Assembly (NCBI GenBank): GCA_043228905.1
Contig: JBHGNT010000017.1
Coordinates: forward strand, 6,324,001-6,388,000
DNA length: 64,000 bases
Reading direction: 5' to 3'
Origin: Azolla caroliniana
Lineage: Eukaryota; Plantae; Polypodiophyta
Made by a program: the position numbers and the translations under genes. The notes beneath the pieces were generated by a model, which saw only the letters and a list, made by a program, of their open reading frames with translations, was not told the DNA's origin and did not search any database. Position 1 is the stretch's first letter. Each line of letters begins with the position of its first letter. Below, in pieces: positions 13,167-28,400 of the stretch.

Positions 13167-14990
13167 GAAAAAAAGTATGATAGAAAACTAAGACATCTAG
13201 TGTGCATTAACAGTCGAGTTAGAGATATTGGGTGTTGTTGTCGTTTGAGATATTAGTAATGGTTGTTGTCGATTTTGGGTTTATTAAATATTGATTGAAT
13301 TGATTATACTCATGTGATTGACGATTTTCTATCTCTCTCTTCCAATCTATTGAAAAGTTTGGGTTGATTTCTTGGATTCTTAATACTAATTATACTAATT
13401 CACTATACTCGTGAAACTCATGAGATTCGTACCTTTCTCTTTCATAGATGTCCGGGACCGGAAAGACCTTGCAATATTTCTAGAAGATACAACCACTGAG
13501 AGTGGCCTCACCAATACCTGCAAAAATGTGCAAGACATCATCGCTCAATACACAAAGAGGGGGCAATGGCTCAGTAATGAAGAAAAGATGGTTTCGGAAC
13601 CAATTTCGAGACCAAGAGCCAGATGGGAAGACCATTAACCATGGGCTCGAGAGACTACTACAACCAAGAAGGGAAATGATGCAACCACGGTGGAGTAGTT
13701 GCTAAAGGAGATGGAGAATATGAAAATCACAATGGTGAAGAAGTCAGAAGACCATCCCACAAGTTTCAAGTATATGGACCATCGGTGCATATGGTGTGAT
13801 AGCACCGAACATGATCAGAAGGATTGCGATGAGCACAACGAAGCTCTACATCGGGATCTCATCTACTATGAAGGAAATCGGATCCATTCGATGCAATCTC
13901 GGAAGATGGCATGAAGAAGGTCCTAGAGGAGCAGATTGCGACAAAAAGAAATTATGCAACAACCGCGGGAATACGTGTGGGTGAAACATCTAGAGTGAAG
14001 TCATCTTTTTGGCTAGAAGTGCTAGAAATCTCCGACAGAACCGGCTCTGATGAAATCTGAAGCACCACGGAAGGCATCTGAGAAGCTACGGGATGGGAGT
14101 GCCCCATAGATAAGAATAGCGTATACGCCCTATGTCAATTACATGAGGTGTATGTAGATGAGAAACGACGGCACACGGATGATGCGATCAGACCATCAAA
14201 GACACTGGAGAGTTGGAATTCTGAAGAAAAAGGAAAAGTGAAACTGATCCCGGCATTCAAACTCACCTCGGACATCGAACAACACCTAAAGTTCAAAGTG
14301 TTTGAAGAAAGAATCCTTGATAGTCGGGTGGAATTTTCTCTTCGGGAATTGCTCGGAATAGCAAAGAAAGAGTTCCATGATCTCCTCGTGGATCTCATGA
14401 AGAGAAAGTGGCAAGCTACGGAAGAATCAAAGGCTTCAAGGGTCAATGCAAATACCGTTCAAATGAACACTTCCAGGATGAGATTCCGAACTCCCACTAT
14501 ACAAAGCCACACTAGGCACGGGCAACTACGGAGACTCCGGTCCGGATTGGAAACATCAAAGACCCTGTCATTACGTTGATTGATCATGGATCGGAGATCA
14601 ACTTGATGTCTGAGGAGTTCTACCGAAAGGGGAAGTGGCCTATAAACACCAATCATGGATGGAAGATTTGGAGCAGCATTTGCATAGATTTAGAGCCAAA
14701 GCAGAGGCAAAACCGTCCAATTCCTAATTGTGCCATCGAATCACGAAAGGAACAAGAGAGAACCCTTGTCCCAAACAAAAATGGATTTTTAAAGCGGATT
14801 GTTGCGGACTAGGGAAGTGATAGTCCAAGAAGCCCTGATACCCCACACAGGAAGAAAACTCTCAGAGCGAAACAAGTGCAAATCAGTCTGGATGGGAAGA
14901 AGTGAAACAAGTGCGAATCAATCCGGATGGGAAGAAGTGTGGAGTTCTAGTAAAATTCCTGATTCATGGAAAAGTGGTCTAAGACTTGTT
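13167..14990 (+). mobile_element. Degenerate Gypsy element E of the same lineage as A (LTR remnant, gag-PR fragments)
   Basis: Motifs CIWCDSTEHDQKDC, FEERILDSRVEFSLRELLGIAKKEFHD and IDHGSEINLM, plus GGATTTTTAA at 14783. Confidence 0.8.
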
Positions 14991-15029
14991 AAAATTATGC
15001 CAAAAGTTGCATCTCCTATGTATTTTGCT

Positions 15030-16563
15030 TAATGGAGATCAATCAATATCATTAATGGGTGACTTGTATAAGAATTTTGCCAAAGTAGTTGCAAATTATA
15101 GACTTCAAAAGGTATTGTCATTTGTGATCCATCCAATGCAATATGGGTTTATTAAGGGAAGGCATATCTTGCATAATATTTTGAATGTGCAAATGGTAGT
15201 GGATTACGCAAAGGAATTCAAACAAAAAATTGTAATGATACAATTGGATATCAAGAAGTCATACATCTTTTATTACTCAATTTATGTCTCATTAGGTTTT
15301 CGGGAAAGGATGTCTCGCATCTCGTTGTTGGTGGGATTAGGTTTAATGTCACACATTATGTTAAATGGTGGAGTTACTAAGGCGGTACCATTGACAAGAT
15401 CACTTAGACAGGATACCCATTGAGTCCCTTATTATTTGCAATTGCTACACATCTAATTTTGGTCAAGATGCATGAGTTGCCAACATGTGGGGAAATAGTT
15501 GGACTAGCTCTACCAATAGGGAAACAATTGATAGTTCAAGCATTAGCTGATGATTCGTTTTTATTTCTCAAAGCGGAACCCGATAATATAGCAAAATCCA
15601 TGGAGGTGTGGAATTTGTTCGCATTTGTGTCAAGATTACATATAAATATGCAGAAGTCGATGCTCATTACATGCACTAGAGTGCTCATGTTTATCTTGGA
15701 TGATGTGGCCAAATATTGGATCAAGGGAACATGTGTCAACGCTTAGGTTACCCTATTGGTGTTGATATCGCACCATCTCAAAGTTTGAACAGGATATATG
15801 CGACCATTTTAGACAAATTTATGTGTTGGAAGTCTCAAGCATGGTTGTTTAGTACTCATCTCAAAGTGGTACAAGCTATAATGATTCCAATGATTTCTTA
15901 TTTTTCGCCAGCTTGTTCATTTCAATATATATTGTGGAAGAAAGAATCAAAACTTGGTATGAGTTGGGGATCATGGAACAATATCTATACCCCAAAACAG
16001 TTAGCGGGAGTTGCATTACTGCATTTGGAGGATCATATGGTGGCTTGACGATTCAATCTGTTGAAAGGTATGTGCATAGGTACCCAACCTTGGGCCGAAA
16101 TAATTAGTTATTTTGTGGAAAAGGTTGGTATATACCATGGGAAAACCAGAATTAAAGCATCGTGATGGCACGTAGGTAATAGTACCCAGACATTTAAATG
16201 TTCAGAATCTATTATGGTTCAACAATTAGTGCTTTCTTGGCTTGGTGATGTTTGAAATTGTTTAATTGGAGGCCCCCTAAGTGTAGAAAAGATACTAATT
16301 CCTTGGTAGCAGAGGTGTTGCCAAATTCAAGGATATTATATTGGGGTGGAAAAGAAAGTCTAAATACAGAGTTCAATCAAATGCCAAGGCTAGGCTTGGT
16401 AATTATGGAAGATGGTATCTTAGAGTCACGTAGGAAAATGATGACCTTTCGGACAATCACAAATAAGATTCATATACCACGTGGATATGGGTATATTTGG
16501 CAATCAATATTGGGATTTCCTAGATTAGTTTTCCCGATTCTAGAGCTGGTGGTCAAAGAGTAA
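15030..16563 (+). mobile_element. L1-clade LINE reverse transcriptase remnant
   Basis: Motifs QYGFIKGRHILHNI, QLDIKKSY, RSLRQD-PLSPLLF, ADD and RLGYPIG, with many disruptions. Confidence 0.8.
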
Positions 16564-16569
16564 TGAATA

Positions 16570-16932
16570 TGTTTAATAACCCTTAGATTTGCTAAGATGC
16601 CTAGCACAAACAAGGAAGAGAGATTAATGTTCTCTAACTAAACACTTCACTAATCTCTCCTAAGCTTAAGGAATACAAGAAGGAGAAGACGAAGCTCTAG
16701 CTCTTAATCAACAGGGAGATCTTTACAAATGGAAGAACCCTTACAAAGACACCACAATGTGGTTTATATAGTATTTTCATTTAGGGTATGACTCTTTCAC
16801 ACATGGTAGTCCATTAGCACCTTTTCCTCTCATAATTTCCTCTTATAAATTCCTTTATCTATACTATGTACTTGTTGATGCGCTTTTCTTCATGACCAAT
16901 CATGGTACAATCCAAGCACTTAACATCCCCCC
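16570..16932 (-). repeat. LTR remnant with adjacent PPT
   Basis: TAACA-TCCCCCC at 16921-16932 reads as PPT+TGTTA on the minus strand. There is a minus-strand TATA at about 16765. Confidence 0.45.
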
Positions 16933-16989
16933 AACCTAATAGTACACACTCCCGGGTGCACCGTGGGAGGCGAGTTTGGGGCGTCAAGG

Positions 16990-18345
16990 GCAAGATGAAT
17001 GGAGTAGGGTGGTTATCGGGATGTGTGTCGAATACAGGTGTATAATGGTTATGTTCACACTATCCCTTTGAACAAACAAGGCTTAAGAAATTTATGTAAA
17101 TATGTCTAAGGGCAAATGCCCTAACCTAGTTAGTATATAATTGGTCTTGTAACCTAGTTGAAGAGTGGTTGTTGATTGTAACATTTTGGTATAATACAGT
17201 TACATTGTGTGCCTACTCTCTGTCTCTCTTTCTCACTCATATTTTGTTTCTTTGATCTTGTCTTTGTGAGGTTGCCTTGTCTGATCTGTTCTCCATAGTC
17301 TACACTGCCATAACTTGAAAATCTTCATCATATACTACTGATAATGTTTCAGGACTGATGGTCTCAACTTCAACATCTGGTAGTAGAGCCAGGTTCTTCA
17401 AGTTGCTATATGCCGTCATTTGTTGTCAATAGTGTTCCTGCTTTCATCCCCTTGAAGATCTCAAGTTCACAACACTCACCAAAATAAACTCTGAGATCTC
17501 GGTCGAACTGAAATCTTGTGCATAGCAACCACCAAGGTCTCACTCTGAGAAGAGAAAGATACATGTGAATTTGCACTTCACTGCATTAAATCACTTCTAA
17601 AGCAAGAAAGTCGATTATTTTCGCCACTGTCATTGTAACCACTCGAAGTGGGATCCTTAGCTTGACGACTCCAACCACATTCCATCTGGCTGAGTAGTAC
17701 TCGGACAGGCCAATCGGTGTTGTCTACTCAATCGCTATAGCAATCCGGAATAGGCTCAACATCAGGAATCGGCATATAATCTGTGACTGGCCCATAAAAT
17801 TGGTAATCGGATTTAGATCAGTAGTTCAATGTGCTCATCTGGCCAGGCAACATTTGGGAAGACCAGTTGGTTCTGTTCCTCCAAATCGCAACAACCACTT
17901 TGAGAAAGTTTAGTACCCAACTATCATCCGACATCCAACGGGCTAATCAATCGGCGCATTCATGCCCAACTCGGCTCACTCGATCGACTGTAGGTACTTC
18001 GGACAGAACCCGCCAATAGTCGAAGTCGATTTGACTCACATCTAAATCTGACTAGAACGATATTAGGTGAGCCAATCGGTTGCATCCCACCACTGCTTAT
18101 AGTCCACCTAGGACAGAGCATAGCTAGTCGACAAAGAGATGTCATCAACATCTTGCTCATCAAAGATGAGTCTAAGGAAGTTTGATAGGTTGAACTTCAA
18201 CTTCTGGAACGAACAAATGCAGGACTACCTCATTGTCAAAGGTCAGATAGATCTGGTTGAGTTCAAGTATTCTCCACAAGGATACAAGCCGAATGAGTGA
18301 ACGAAACTTGACAAAATTGTTCGAGCCACCATTCAGATGCACCAG
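16990..18345 (+). mobile_element. Truncated Copia 5' part (LTR end 17375, degenerate Met PBS, gag start)
   Basis: CAACA-TCTGGTAGTAGAGCC at 17371-17390, and gag-like NFNFWNEQMQDYLIVKG at about 18190-18245. Confidence 0.6.
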
Positions 18346-18428
18346 TCCTCCCCCAAAATGAGCCCCATCCTCCTTTTATAGGAAAGGGGGGGGGGGGGGG
18401 GGGGCACATTTGTATTTAATGCATATAT

Positions 18429-18961
18429 TGTGCGGAAAATAGCGCTCGGCCAGAACCGAGTCTTAAACAACAAAGGGAAGAAAAAGAAACTAATACCTAG
18501 ACGACAGAGGATGTTTACATGGAAACCCTAAATGGGAAAAAACCATGGGAGCCCACGGACTCCAACTATCACTATAAGGGAAGGAATACAATGCGAGACT
18601 CAGAGGCAACAACCTCGAGCTCTATGTCCTTGCCAACTGGTGGTTACAACAAAAAACTCCTTTTGTGTGTGTGTGTGTCTCTCTCTCTCTCTCGCTCTGT
18701 GGACAACAACAACTCTATATCGTCGTCTATGTAAAGTGATTGCCCTAAGTCATATTTATACTTATATGACTTTTGGGCTATTTACAAATATAGCCTCAGT
18801 GGGCTTATCCTAACATATTTACAAATATTTCCTTGGATGTGGTTCACACCAGATCCATCTGGGTTCACTGGTTCTGGTTTCCGGATCTCATCTGGAACCC
18901 CTCTGAATCCGTCTCCTCTGTTCTCATTCAGATCCCATCCGGAGGGACCGAATTCCCAACA
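18429..18961 (-). repeat. 3' LTR of Copia F
   Basis: Direct repeat of 33013-33539, TGTGCGG...CCCAACA on the plus strand. Confidence 0.93.
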
Positions 18962-19776
18962 AACTCCCCCTTCACTCTGGCATGGGATTTTTCGTTAATC
19001 CAATCCATTTCCGGCACGTGTCCAGCTTGTCATTTGAAAGCACCTTGGTCTGCATATCCGATCCATTCTCCTTCGTGTGGATCTTCATCAACACGAAGTC
19101 TTGATCTTGTACTCTCTCCTAGATCTAGTGATACCTCCGTTGGATGTGCTTCGTCTAAGAATGGTATGCCACATTATTTGCATGGTGGATGGCAGTCGGA
19201 ATGTCGCAATAGAGCTGATATTCCTCCTGTCGGATCCCTAGCTCTTCGATGAAGTCCTTCATCTAGATTACTTGCCGGCTTCTATGGTTGCCATGTACTC
19301 TGCTTCCGTTGTTGATAGTGCCATGGACTTCTGCAACCTCGACTGCCATTATACGGCTCCCTGTGCATAAGTCATGACATATCCGGATGTAGACCAACTG
19401 GTATCCGCATCAGCCGACATATCTGAATCCGTGAATCCGTCAAGTTGGGGTTTACCAGAGCCAAACCGGATGCACATACTCGAGGTGCCTTTAAGATACT
19501 GGAGTATCCACTTGACCGTGTTCTAGTGCTCTTTTCCGGGATTTCTCATGAACCGACTGACTACTCTGACATCATATGCAATATCCGTCCAGGTGCACAC
19601 CATTGCGTACATTAAGCTGAATCTGACGGCAGAGGCATATGGCATCTTCATCATGTGTGACTTCTCTTCCTTTGTCTTTGGGCTCTGCTTTCCGGACAAC
19701 TTGCAATTTTCCGGAAGTATCGATCCGACCAGTTTCGCCTCCGACATGTTGAACCTTTTAAGCACCTTTGTGACGT

Positions 19777-21368
19777 TGTCGTGTGCTTTTTCACACACGA
19801 TATGAAAACTATTTTAGATTAGATTTGTGGCTTGTTATAGAAAGATGGATGTAGTCAAGAGCTTCAAAACGCATTTTACTACATATAAAATGGACAACTA
19901 CATAACAAGTTAGGTGGACATGAAGTTTGAGAAGATAAAGAAAATAAAATTTTGAAATATCCCACATAGATAGGAAACTTTAGGAGCCAGCTATATAAGC
20001 AGATTGAGAACCATCAATTTTTCATCTATGTGTTAAGAGCACAACAAAAATAGTTGGGCTTGGGCCACTTTTGTCTAGTACAGATGTGGCTAAGTCACCG
20101 GATGTGGCTAAGTTGCTCGAACCGGTTGATGATGGAACTCAAACCGGTCAGTGAAGGAACTCAAACTGGTTGGTGATAGTACTTAAAACCCGATGGAGCT
20201 GGCAACTGGATGGAATCAGTGTACGGAGGGATCCGGTAACCGGTGATCGGGCGGAGCCGGCAACCGAAAACTGGACGGAGCCGGCAACCGGAAACAAGAC
20301 GGATTCGGCAATCGGAAACTGGACGGATCCGGTGACCAGACGATGCTGGCAACCAGAAACCGAACGGATCCGACGACCAAACGGTGCTGGCCAACCAGAA
20401 ATCGGACGGAGCTGGCAACGAGATGGAATCAGTGATTGAACCGGAACCGGACGGCGACAGGACCGGAATCGGACTGGACGGATGAAGCCGGACGCGGACC
20501 GGGTGGATCAAAGCATGGGCCAAACTTTGCAGATTATAGGATCATGCGGCTGAACTAAAATAAAGTAAAATAAAGTAAAGGTCATGTGGAAGGAGTGCAA
20601 CTAAAGGTGGAGGCTATGCATAAAGTAAAGGTCATGTGGAAGGCATGTAACTAAAGGTAGAGGCCATGCAACTAAAAGTAAAGGTGAAGCAACTAAAAAA
20701 GGAGGCCATAGAACTAAAAGGGGACGCCTGCAAAGCATCATGGGAGGCTATGATCTACGGAGAACTCCATATATATATATATTTCTCTCCACTTGGGGGG
20801 GGGGGGGGGGTTCTCTCCATTATTTTTCTTTTCCTTCTCGGTTCCCTTATCTCACAGAACCATAACACTCATAAACCCTAATTTTTCTTACGGAAGCCAT
20901 ATTTCTCATAAACCCTAATTTCTTTACAAAAGCCATAAACCCTAAATTTCCTTACGGAAGCAATAAACCTTAATTTTCTTTATGGAAGCTATCTATCAAA
21001 AACCGTAATTTTCCTTACGGAACCCATATCTCTCGTATAACCATAATATTCCTTACGGATATCATATCTCTCGAATAACCCTATTTTTTTTCTTATGAAA
21101 GCCATATCTCATAAATTTGAAACCTAATTTTCTTATTGAAGCCGAAAACCTTAATTTTCTTATCAAAGCCATATCTCACTAAATCTAAACTTCTATAATC
21201 CCAATATTGGGATTGGTTGTAATCTTTCTTTCCCTTTGTTAATGAAATTTGTTAATATTTCTCATTTCCATTAATTCTTTAATATAAACATACGAATTTG
21301 ATATCCTCTGGTCGGAGGCCCCAGGGTCCTACCTCAAGTTCACGTATCCTTGTCGTATTTTCGCGTCA
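19777..21368 (+). mobile_element. Large solo LTR G (about 1.6 kb) inserted in Copia F RT
   Basis: Starts TGTCGT and ends CGCGTCA, with flanks ACGT/ATGT. Removing it restores host QEKY(V)TKVLKRFNM. Internal minisatellites lie at 20230-20420, 20555-20720 and 20870-21160. Confidence 0.8.
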
Positions 21369-22485
21369 ATGTACTTTTCTTGTGACAACCAGAACAACTT
21401 CTCTGACCAGTCTCGGATTATGTGCATCCCTAATATTTGTGTTCCCGGACACAAGTCTTTCATTAAGAAGGTCTGGTTCAGAGCCTTCGTCAGCATCTGT
21501 ATCTTGACTTGGTCTCGTTCGACGATCAACATATCATCCACATAAAGGAGCAATATCAGGAAATCTCCTCCGTCAAATTTTTTCACAAACACGCAGTGGT
21601 CAACTTGCGTCTTGTGGTACCCTTGATCGGTCATGAAGGAGTCGAACTTCCGGTACCATTGCTGAGGGGCTTGCTTCAATCCGTATAAGCTCTTCTTCAG
21701 CCGGCACACCAGGTGCTCCTTCTCTTTCTTCTCAAATCCTTCTAGTTGATGCATGTAGATCTCTTCTTCGAGGTCGCCATGTAGAAATGTCGTCTTGACA
21801 TCTAGTTGCTCTACCTCGAGGTCCATGGTTGCCGCTATGCTCAATACTGTTCGAATGGATGTCATCTTTACTACCGGAGCAAAGATCTCATCGAAGTCCA
21901 CTCCTTTCTTCTACTGGAAGCCTTTCACCACGATCCGGGCTTTGTACCTTGGTGGATTTCCGGCGTCTCCCAGTTTCAGCTTGTACACCCACTTATTCCG
22001 GAGTGCTCTCTTACCTTTTGGCAACTCCATAAATTCATATGTGTGGTTCTCATGTATGGCACTTAACCACTTGCGGCTATGAGTGTCTCTCTTTGCTTCT
22101 TTGAAGCTTTTCGGTTCCCCCTCATCGGTTAGCAACACATGTTGTGCGTCCGAAAATCTCCGGGGGGCTCTTTTCTCTCAACGAGGATATCTTTGACCTT
22201 GGTTTTCGGCAACCGGTTCCTCCGTCTATTCCAAATATGAATCCGATTCGGGGTCTTGTTCGGTTCCGGTTTCAGCCTCTTCTTCTTCTTCTTCGGTCGG
22301 TTCGGTTTCTGCTCTAAGTCTAGCCAATTCTAGGAGTCTCATCCGGCTTCCGGCGAGATGGGTCCTCAGCTCCTTCAGTTGATCTTTGTGAGTCGACCCG
22401 GAATTCATTATCTTTTTCTCCGACTCCTAGTTGGCAATGGTCTTATCCTCCATGAAGATAATGTCCCGACTTCGAAATACCTTCT

Positions 22486-25400
22486 TGTCGTGGCGTGGCT
22501 CATCCAGAAGCATAGCATTGCATAGACAAAAGATAACGTGCAAGTGAGGAAGGAATCGTTGGGATTATGGACGGAAGAGATGAAAGAGTAGAGATGAAGT
22601 GTATAGAGATCGATAGGATATGGCAAGGTAGGATTTTTAAGAAATATGAGATACGGCAAGATAAGATATAACATGATATTTGAGAAAATGTAGGAAATTT
22701 ATAATTATTATCCTGAAAGAGTTACAAAATGGCTACGAGCGTCTTTGGACCTTCGATCTTTGTCTCACAAGGTAGTCACTCTTCTCTTTCTTGATAGTAG
22801 ACCACAATCTTCCCTTCTATCTTTCGATGAGGAAAAGAGTCGAACCTCCGCCTTTTCGTTGCGAGTTGAGCGTTGCCGCCACTAAGCTAGTTCTTCTCTT
22901 GTCTTTTGAAGATTGTATATAACTTTTACCTTCTCTCCCTCTTTCTCTATTATGATATCTCTTACAATATAATTTCGCTCAATTCCATACAATAATTCTA
23001 TTCAATATGATTGATTGATTCCCTGATATACGGGTGACTATACTCCCTTCTCCTTTTATAGGAATGGGATGGTTTTGCATGTGGGCCATATGTCACACAT
23101 GCAAAGAGGGGCTCTTGCATGTGTGCTATATGGTGCACATGTAGTATATTACATGGTGTAGACTATACAATGCTACTTCAAATAAAACAACACATTTTCT
23201 TTTACACATATAATGACTATTGGCTTAATGGTAGGCTTTGAGGTTCATAATGTGGAGGTTGTTGGTTCAAGTCTTCTCTGACCCATGTAATACAATTTAT
23301 GGTGCACATGTAGTACATTATATGGTTTAAATCCATATAGTACATTATATGGTTTAAATCCATATAGTACATTATATGGTTTAGGATTTAAACCATACAA
23401 TATTACTTTAAATAAAACAAGCCATATAATTTTATATATACTACAATAATAGGGTAAATGGTAAGGTTTTAGAGTCATAAGGTGGGGGTTACTGGTTCAA
23501 GTCCTCTCTTCTCCATATAATATAATATATATATATATATTATTTGCCTCTATATATAATGTATAATATTATCATAGTATGTTTTTTAATATTAACTTTA
23601 TAAAACATTATCAATATATATTTTATTTTAGTTACGTATATATCTTCTGGTAGACTTTTAATGTGAAGTTTTCGTACTTCACAACATCCAGCCCCTCTAG
23701 ACCTGCACATCCTCTAGCATGTGCCACTATCTTTCATCTTCATGTTGATCTATTGGAGGAGGTTCAAACTCAAACCTTTTTTAAAATACTTTTATCCTCT
23801 TTCCAACTACCATGTTTTGGATTAGTGTCCCATCCAATTCAGTAAGTTTATAAGTAAAGTTATCATATACTTTTCTTACTATGTAAAGCCCAAACCATCT
23901 TTAAGCAAACTTGCAAACGGTGCTATGTTGATTATCTAAACTGCTATCATACATGCGTACCCAATCCCCTTCTTCTATTTTCTTAGGCTGAATTCTGTGA
24001 GTTTTATCAAAACGAATTTTATTCTTTAGTCGAGCCTCCTTCAATCATTGGGTTGTCAATTCTATATCTTCAAGTTAGCGTTCTAATTGTTGAATTCGCA
24101 AAGCAAGCAATTATTCTCTGCTCACCTCCTCTCTCCATGGAATAGATATCCATGACATAATTGATTCTTCTACTAGCATGATGGGCTTTTGGCCAAGTAT
24201 CAATTCAGTTGGCATGTATCCTGTTACCGAACTATGCGTTGTTTGATCTGCGCATAGTGCATAAGGTAGCACGTGTGGCCAATTGCTTATTTTACCTTTA
24301 CAGCTTTTCACAATCGCCTTAACTATTGGGCTATGTCCTCTTTCAATCTTTCCATTGGCTTCTAGATTATACGCAGTTGTAAGTGATAATTTGACCCCTA
24401 TCCGGCTGAAGAATTCTCTAGTTTCATCAGAGTCAAGTTCTCCTCTATCTGCAATTGTTTTACCAACACACCCATAACGACATATTACATCTTCCAATAG
24501 AAATTTACATACAGCTCTAGTTGTTTTTTGTCGTAGTGGTCTTCCTTGTACTTGGTTTGTAAGGTCTTCTCTTGCTAGTACTAAATATCACATTTGACCT
24601 CCCCAAGTGGCATTGTCACTAGATCGACCAACCATTTATAATGCATTGATGATGAATATGTTGGTTTTAGCTTATCTCGATACCGGATAGTTGAATACCT
24701 CTGGCAGACCTCACAGGTTTCCACAAACTTCGTTACATCTTTATATATATGTGGCCACCAATACTTTTCTTTCAACTTCATAAATGTCACCCATATGCCT
24801 CTATGTCCTACCCACAAACTATCATGGAATTCATTAATTAATTTTCTCTTAAGGTCATCCTTACAAATTACTCGAAGAGGATTTTTGGTTGGCCTTTTTG
24901 GACGCCTCCATAAATGCCCTTCATGTAAAAAAAACTTGAATGCTCGTCTTTGAAATTCATTTAATTGTTTCTTTGATCATGATGGGTTGGCTTCTTGAGT
25001 CTTTTGAAAAATTCTTATTTCTAACCATTGACCTTCATACTCTACGTCTTTGAACATTAAGCTTACATTAAACTCATCATGAGGCTTAATAGATACTTGA
25101 TGACAAACTTGATGGCTCATAGTTGCCCAATTCTCATCTTCAATTTCCCCAATTCTTATCTTCATTTATGAACCTTGCTCTTGATAGCATATCTGCGACT
25201 AGGTTCTCTTTGCCCTTTATATGCAGTAATTCTAGGTTCATGGTTCTGATGTATGCAATCCATCGAAGCATTGCAATATCTGGTGGGGTGCAACTTGCTA
25301 TCATTCCGATGAGTGGTAGACAATCTGTTTCAACCACTACATCTACTCCGATCAAGTAATCTCTATTTGTTTTTAATGTAGTAAGCAAACCCCACAATTC

Positions 25401-28400
25401 TCGTTTAACTTGTGCATAGTTTCTTTGTTTTTCATTTAATATCTTTGCCCCAAATCTGATAGCATATCGATGTTGGTCTTCATCTTCTTGGTTGATAACC
25501 CAACCGATCCCGATTGGGCTAGTATCAATTGTTACTATAATTGGTCTTTCACCTTTGTAGTTTGGTTGACGAAGAACTTGTGCTTTCAATAATGCTTCTT
25601 TCAATTGTTGAACAACTTGTGTATGTTCATCAGTCCAAATAAACTTCTTCCCTTTTCTTAAAAGTTGGTAGAGAGGATCTAATACATGCACAAAGTGTGG
25701 TAACCAAATATGATAAAACACACATGCACCTAAAAATCTTCTCACCTCTGTTACCGATTCGCAAACCTCCTTCATATTTTGTATTGCGTTAATTTTGATC
25801 GGTGACGACTTCCTCCCATATCAACCACACATATAACCAACTATCAGAACTTCGTTCTACCCAAAGCTTGATTTTGTTCCTAATAGTGTCAAATGTACCT
25901 ACTCAAGCTTATTTAAAATACTCTCACAATCATTAATGTGATCCATCACAAACTTTCTGCAACCATTTCCAACCATAGTCTCATCTTTATCTCTTTCTAA
26001 GCATCCCTTAATAGGAATCTCATCTAAAAATGGCATAGTTACCTTTGGGATGTACTCATGTAGAACTTTGTTCATTGCATTCATCATATGAGCAACTGAA
26101 TTTGTCACACCTTGAGGTAGAGTGCACATCTAAACTAACCCAATTGGTGTTTTCATTGTTGTGATATTCTGACTATCAATTGTTATCTGAAACTGGTTGT
26201 ATCCCGAATATAGGTCTCCTATAGAGTAAATCGCTCTCCCAGCAAAAGCTTCTGCAAATTCATCAACGATTGGTCTGATTCCTGCATTTCGGATTGTGAC
26301 TTTGTTGACTGGTTGTAGATCTTGAATGAATCTTAGAGAACCATCTTTCTTTGGAATGGTGAACCATCGGTTGGAATATGGTGTGTTGGAAGGCTCTAAA
26401 ATCTTCATCTTGACTTTATCCTTCAGTAGCTCCAACAACTGAGGCAATCGAGCTCTCGGTACTGCAATAGGTTTAAAATTCCAAGGAATATGAGGGATAG
26501 TAAATATTACCATTGGTGTCACCACCTTTGGATCTATACAACCAATCTCCTCAACTTTGAATGCAAATGCTTTCTCATGCCTAAAGATCATTTCTTTGAA
26601 AGTCAAGATCTCTGATTGCAGAAGAAATTCACCCCCTCTGAAGAGAAGTGATGTCCGATCTTCTCTATTAGTCGAAGCATAGGGTCGGTTGCTACTACCT
26701 CCATCTTCTCTTCGTTACCAATGGGTAATGGTACTGCAACCTGTTTGACCTTTTTGTCTATTCTTTTGTATTTTGTATTACATAAACTTTCTACTTCTTC
26801 ATATTTACAATTATACCTATCAATCTCATAATACATATTAATTGAGTTTACATGTATCTTTCTAACACTCTCATCATCTTTTTTCAAATACATTTCTAAC
26901 TCTTCTATGGTATTTGCAAAAGAAATTTCTTCCATAACACTTTCAATGTGCTCTTCCATTTCAAGTACTCCATTATCCTTCAATGTCTGTTGAAACAAAT
27001 TAGCATTCTTTTTCAAGTTCCTCTTGCATTCATACATCCTAGTCACACATATAGCACCACTTTCAGAAACATGAAATGACTTATTCATATGTTGTAATGC
27101 CCTACGTGAGGGTCTTTTAATAATGGGACTATTGCAACCCTCATTTGCAATAGTCCTAGTCATAAACCTAATTATCAAAATCATCACATTCTTTTGGTAT
27201 CGAATGATCACGAAGCTCTTGCTTGTTCCTCTCATGATTTGGGCGAACTGTCATAAACTGTATAGTTCTTCGTCCATCTTGGCTTCGAATCTTCGCATGG
27301 GCAGACCCATTGTCAAGGACTTTGGTCTCCATCCGTACCGTTGTGATGTATCGTTGCCCCAAGATTATCGAATAGGTAGATCCTTCCTACTCAAAGAAAT
27401 GTTGATCTACATCTATATCACCAATAATAACCTTTACATTTGGGCATGCACCAAATAAATCTTCGGTGACTAATGTGATTGCTTTTACATGCCAACCATG
27501 TTGAGTATCAATTGGCCATCTACCTTTCTTGTAAAAATCAGCACTCATTATATTTATTTCAGAACCATGATCAATAACTGCCATCACCATGTCTGGAACA
27601 TTTCCAATTTTTACATGATGCTTAGTAGTGGCTCTTGCCCAACATTTGCGAGAGTAGTGGCTTCTTGCATCTATTGAACTTATCATTGAGGTTGATGCAT
27701 GTTGAGAGTCAACAAGGATATTGTTTGACTCGTTACTCACCACTTCATATGCCACCTTCGGATTTGTCTCTTTAACCTGCTCATGTACTTGCTTCTTTCT
27801 TCGCACAATATCAATTACTTCATCATAAAATTCCTTTTTCGCAATACCTAACACTTCTCTTAGTGCAAATTCTACTCAACTGTCTGGTATTCTTGTTTCT
27901 AAAATTTCTTTAAATCAGACATTAATTTGAATGAAGGACCAGATTTACCTTTTTCGACTTTTGCGTCCATCTCTTTTCTTTTGCTTTCTCTTGTCTCATG
28001 TTTTTTTGTTGAGCCAATCTCATCATCCTTGGTGTTCTACCATCTAAGCATAGATTGTCATAGCATCTACTGGAACATCCCATCTAGTGTTTTTTCTTAT
28101 AGAATCTCCGGCAACACAAAGGTCTTCCATCTTCAACTTTTGCTTTTGTGCGAAACTTACAACCTTCTCCCAAAATGATGATCGGTATGGTGTGTCATCA
28201 AGACGCATTCCTGCCGTTACCGAGTAGTACATTACAGAAGCCTTTTTTGCTTTAGCTTCTTCAGACTTAACCTTGTGGACTTCTAGTTTCAGTTAAGTAA
28301 ATGTTACCATTTTTCTAGTAGACCAAGTCTCGATTTTCCATGTCTTTATATTCCACACAATCACGTAGTCGATGTTTGAGACTATCACACCACATGCATC

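Noticed and set aside
18386-18404. Poly-G tracts (also 20795-20810) as G-quadruplex regulators
   Set aside because: Homopolymer lengths are unreliable and slippage-prone, and there is no second copy in the window to show conservation.
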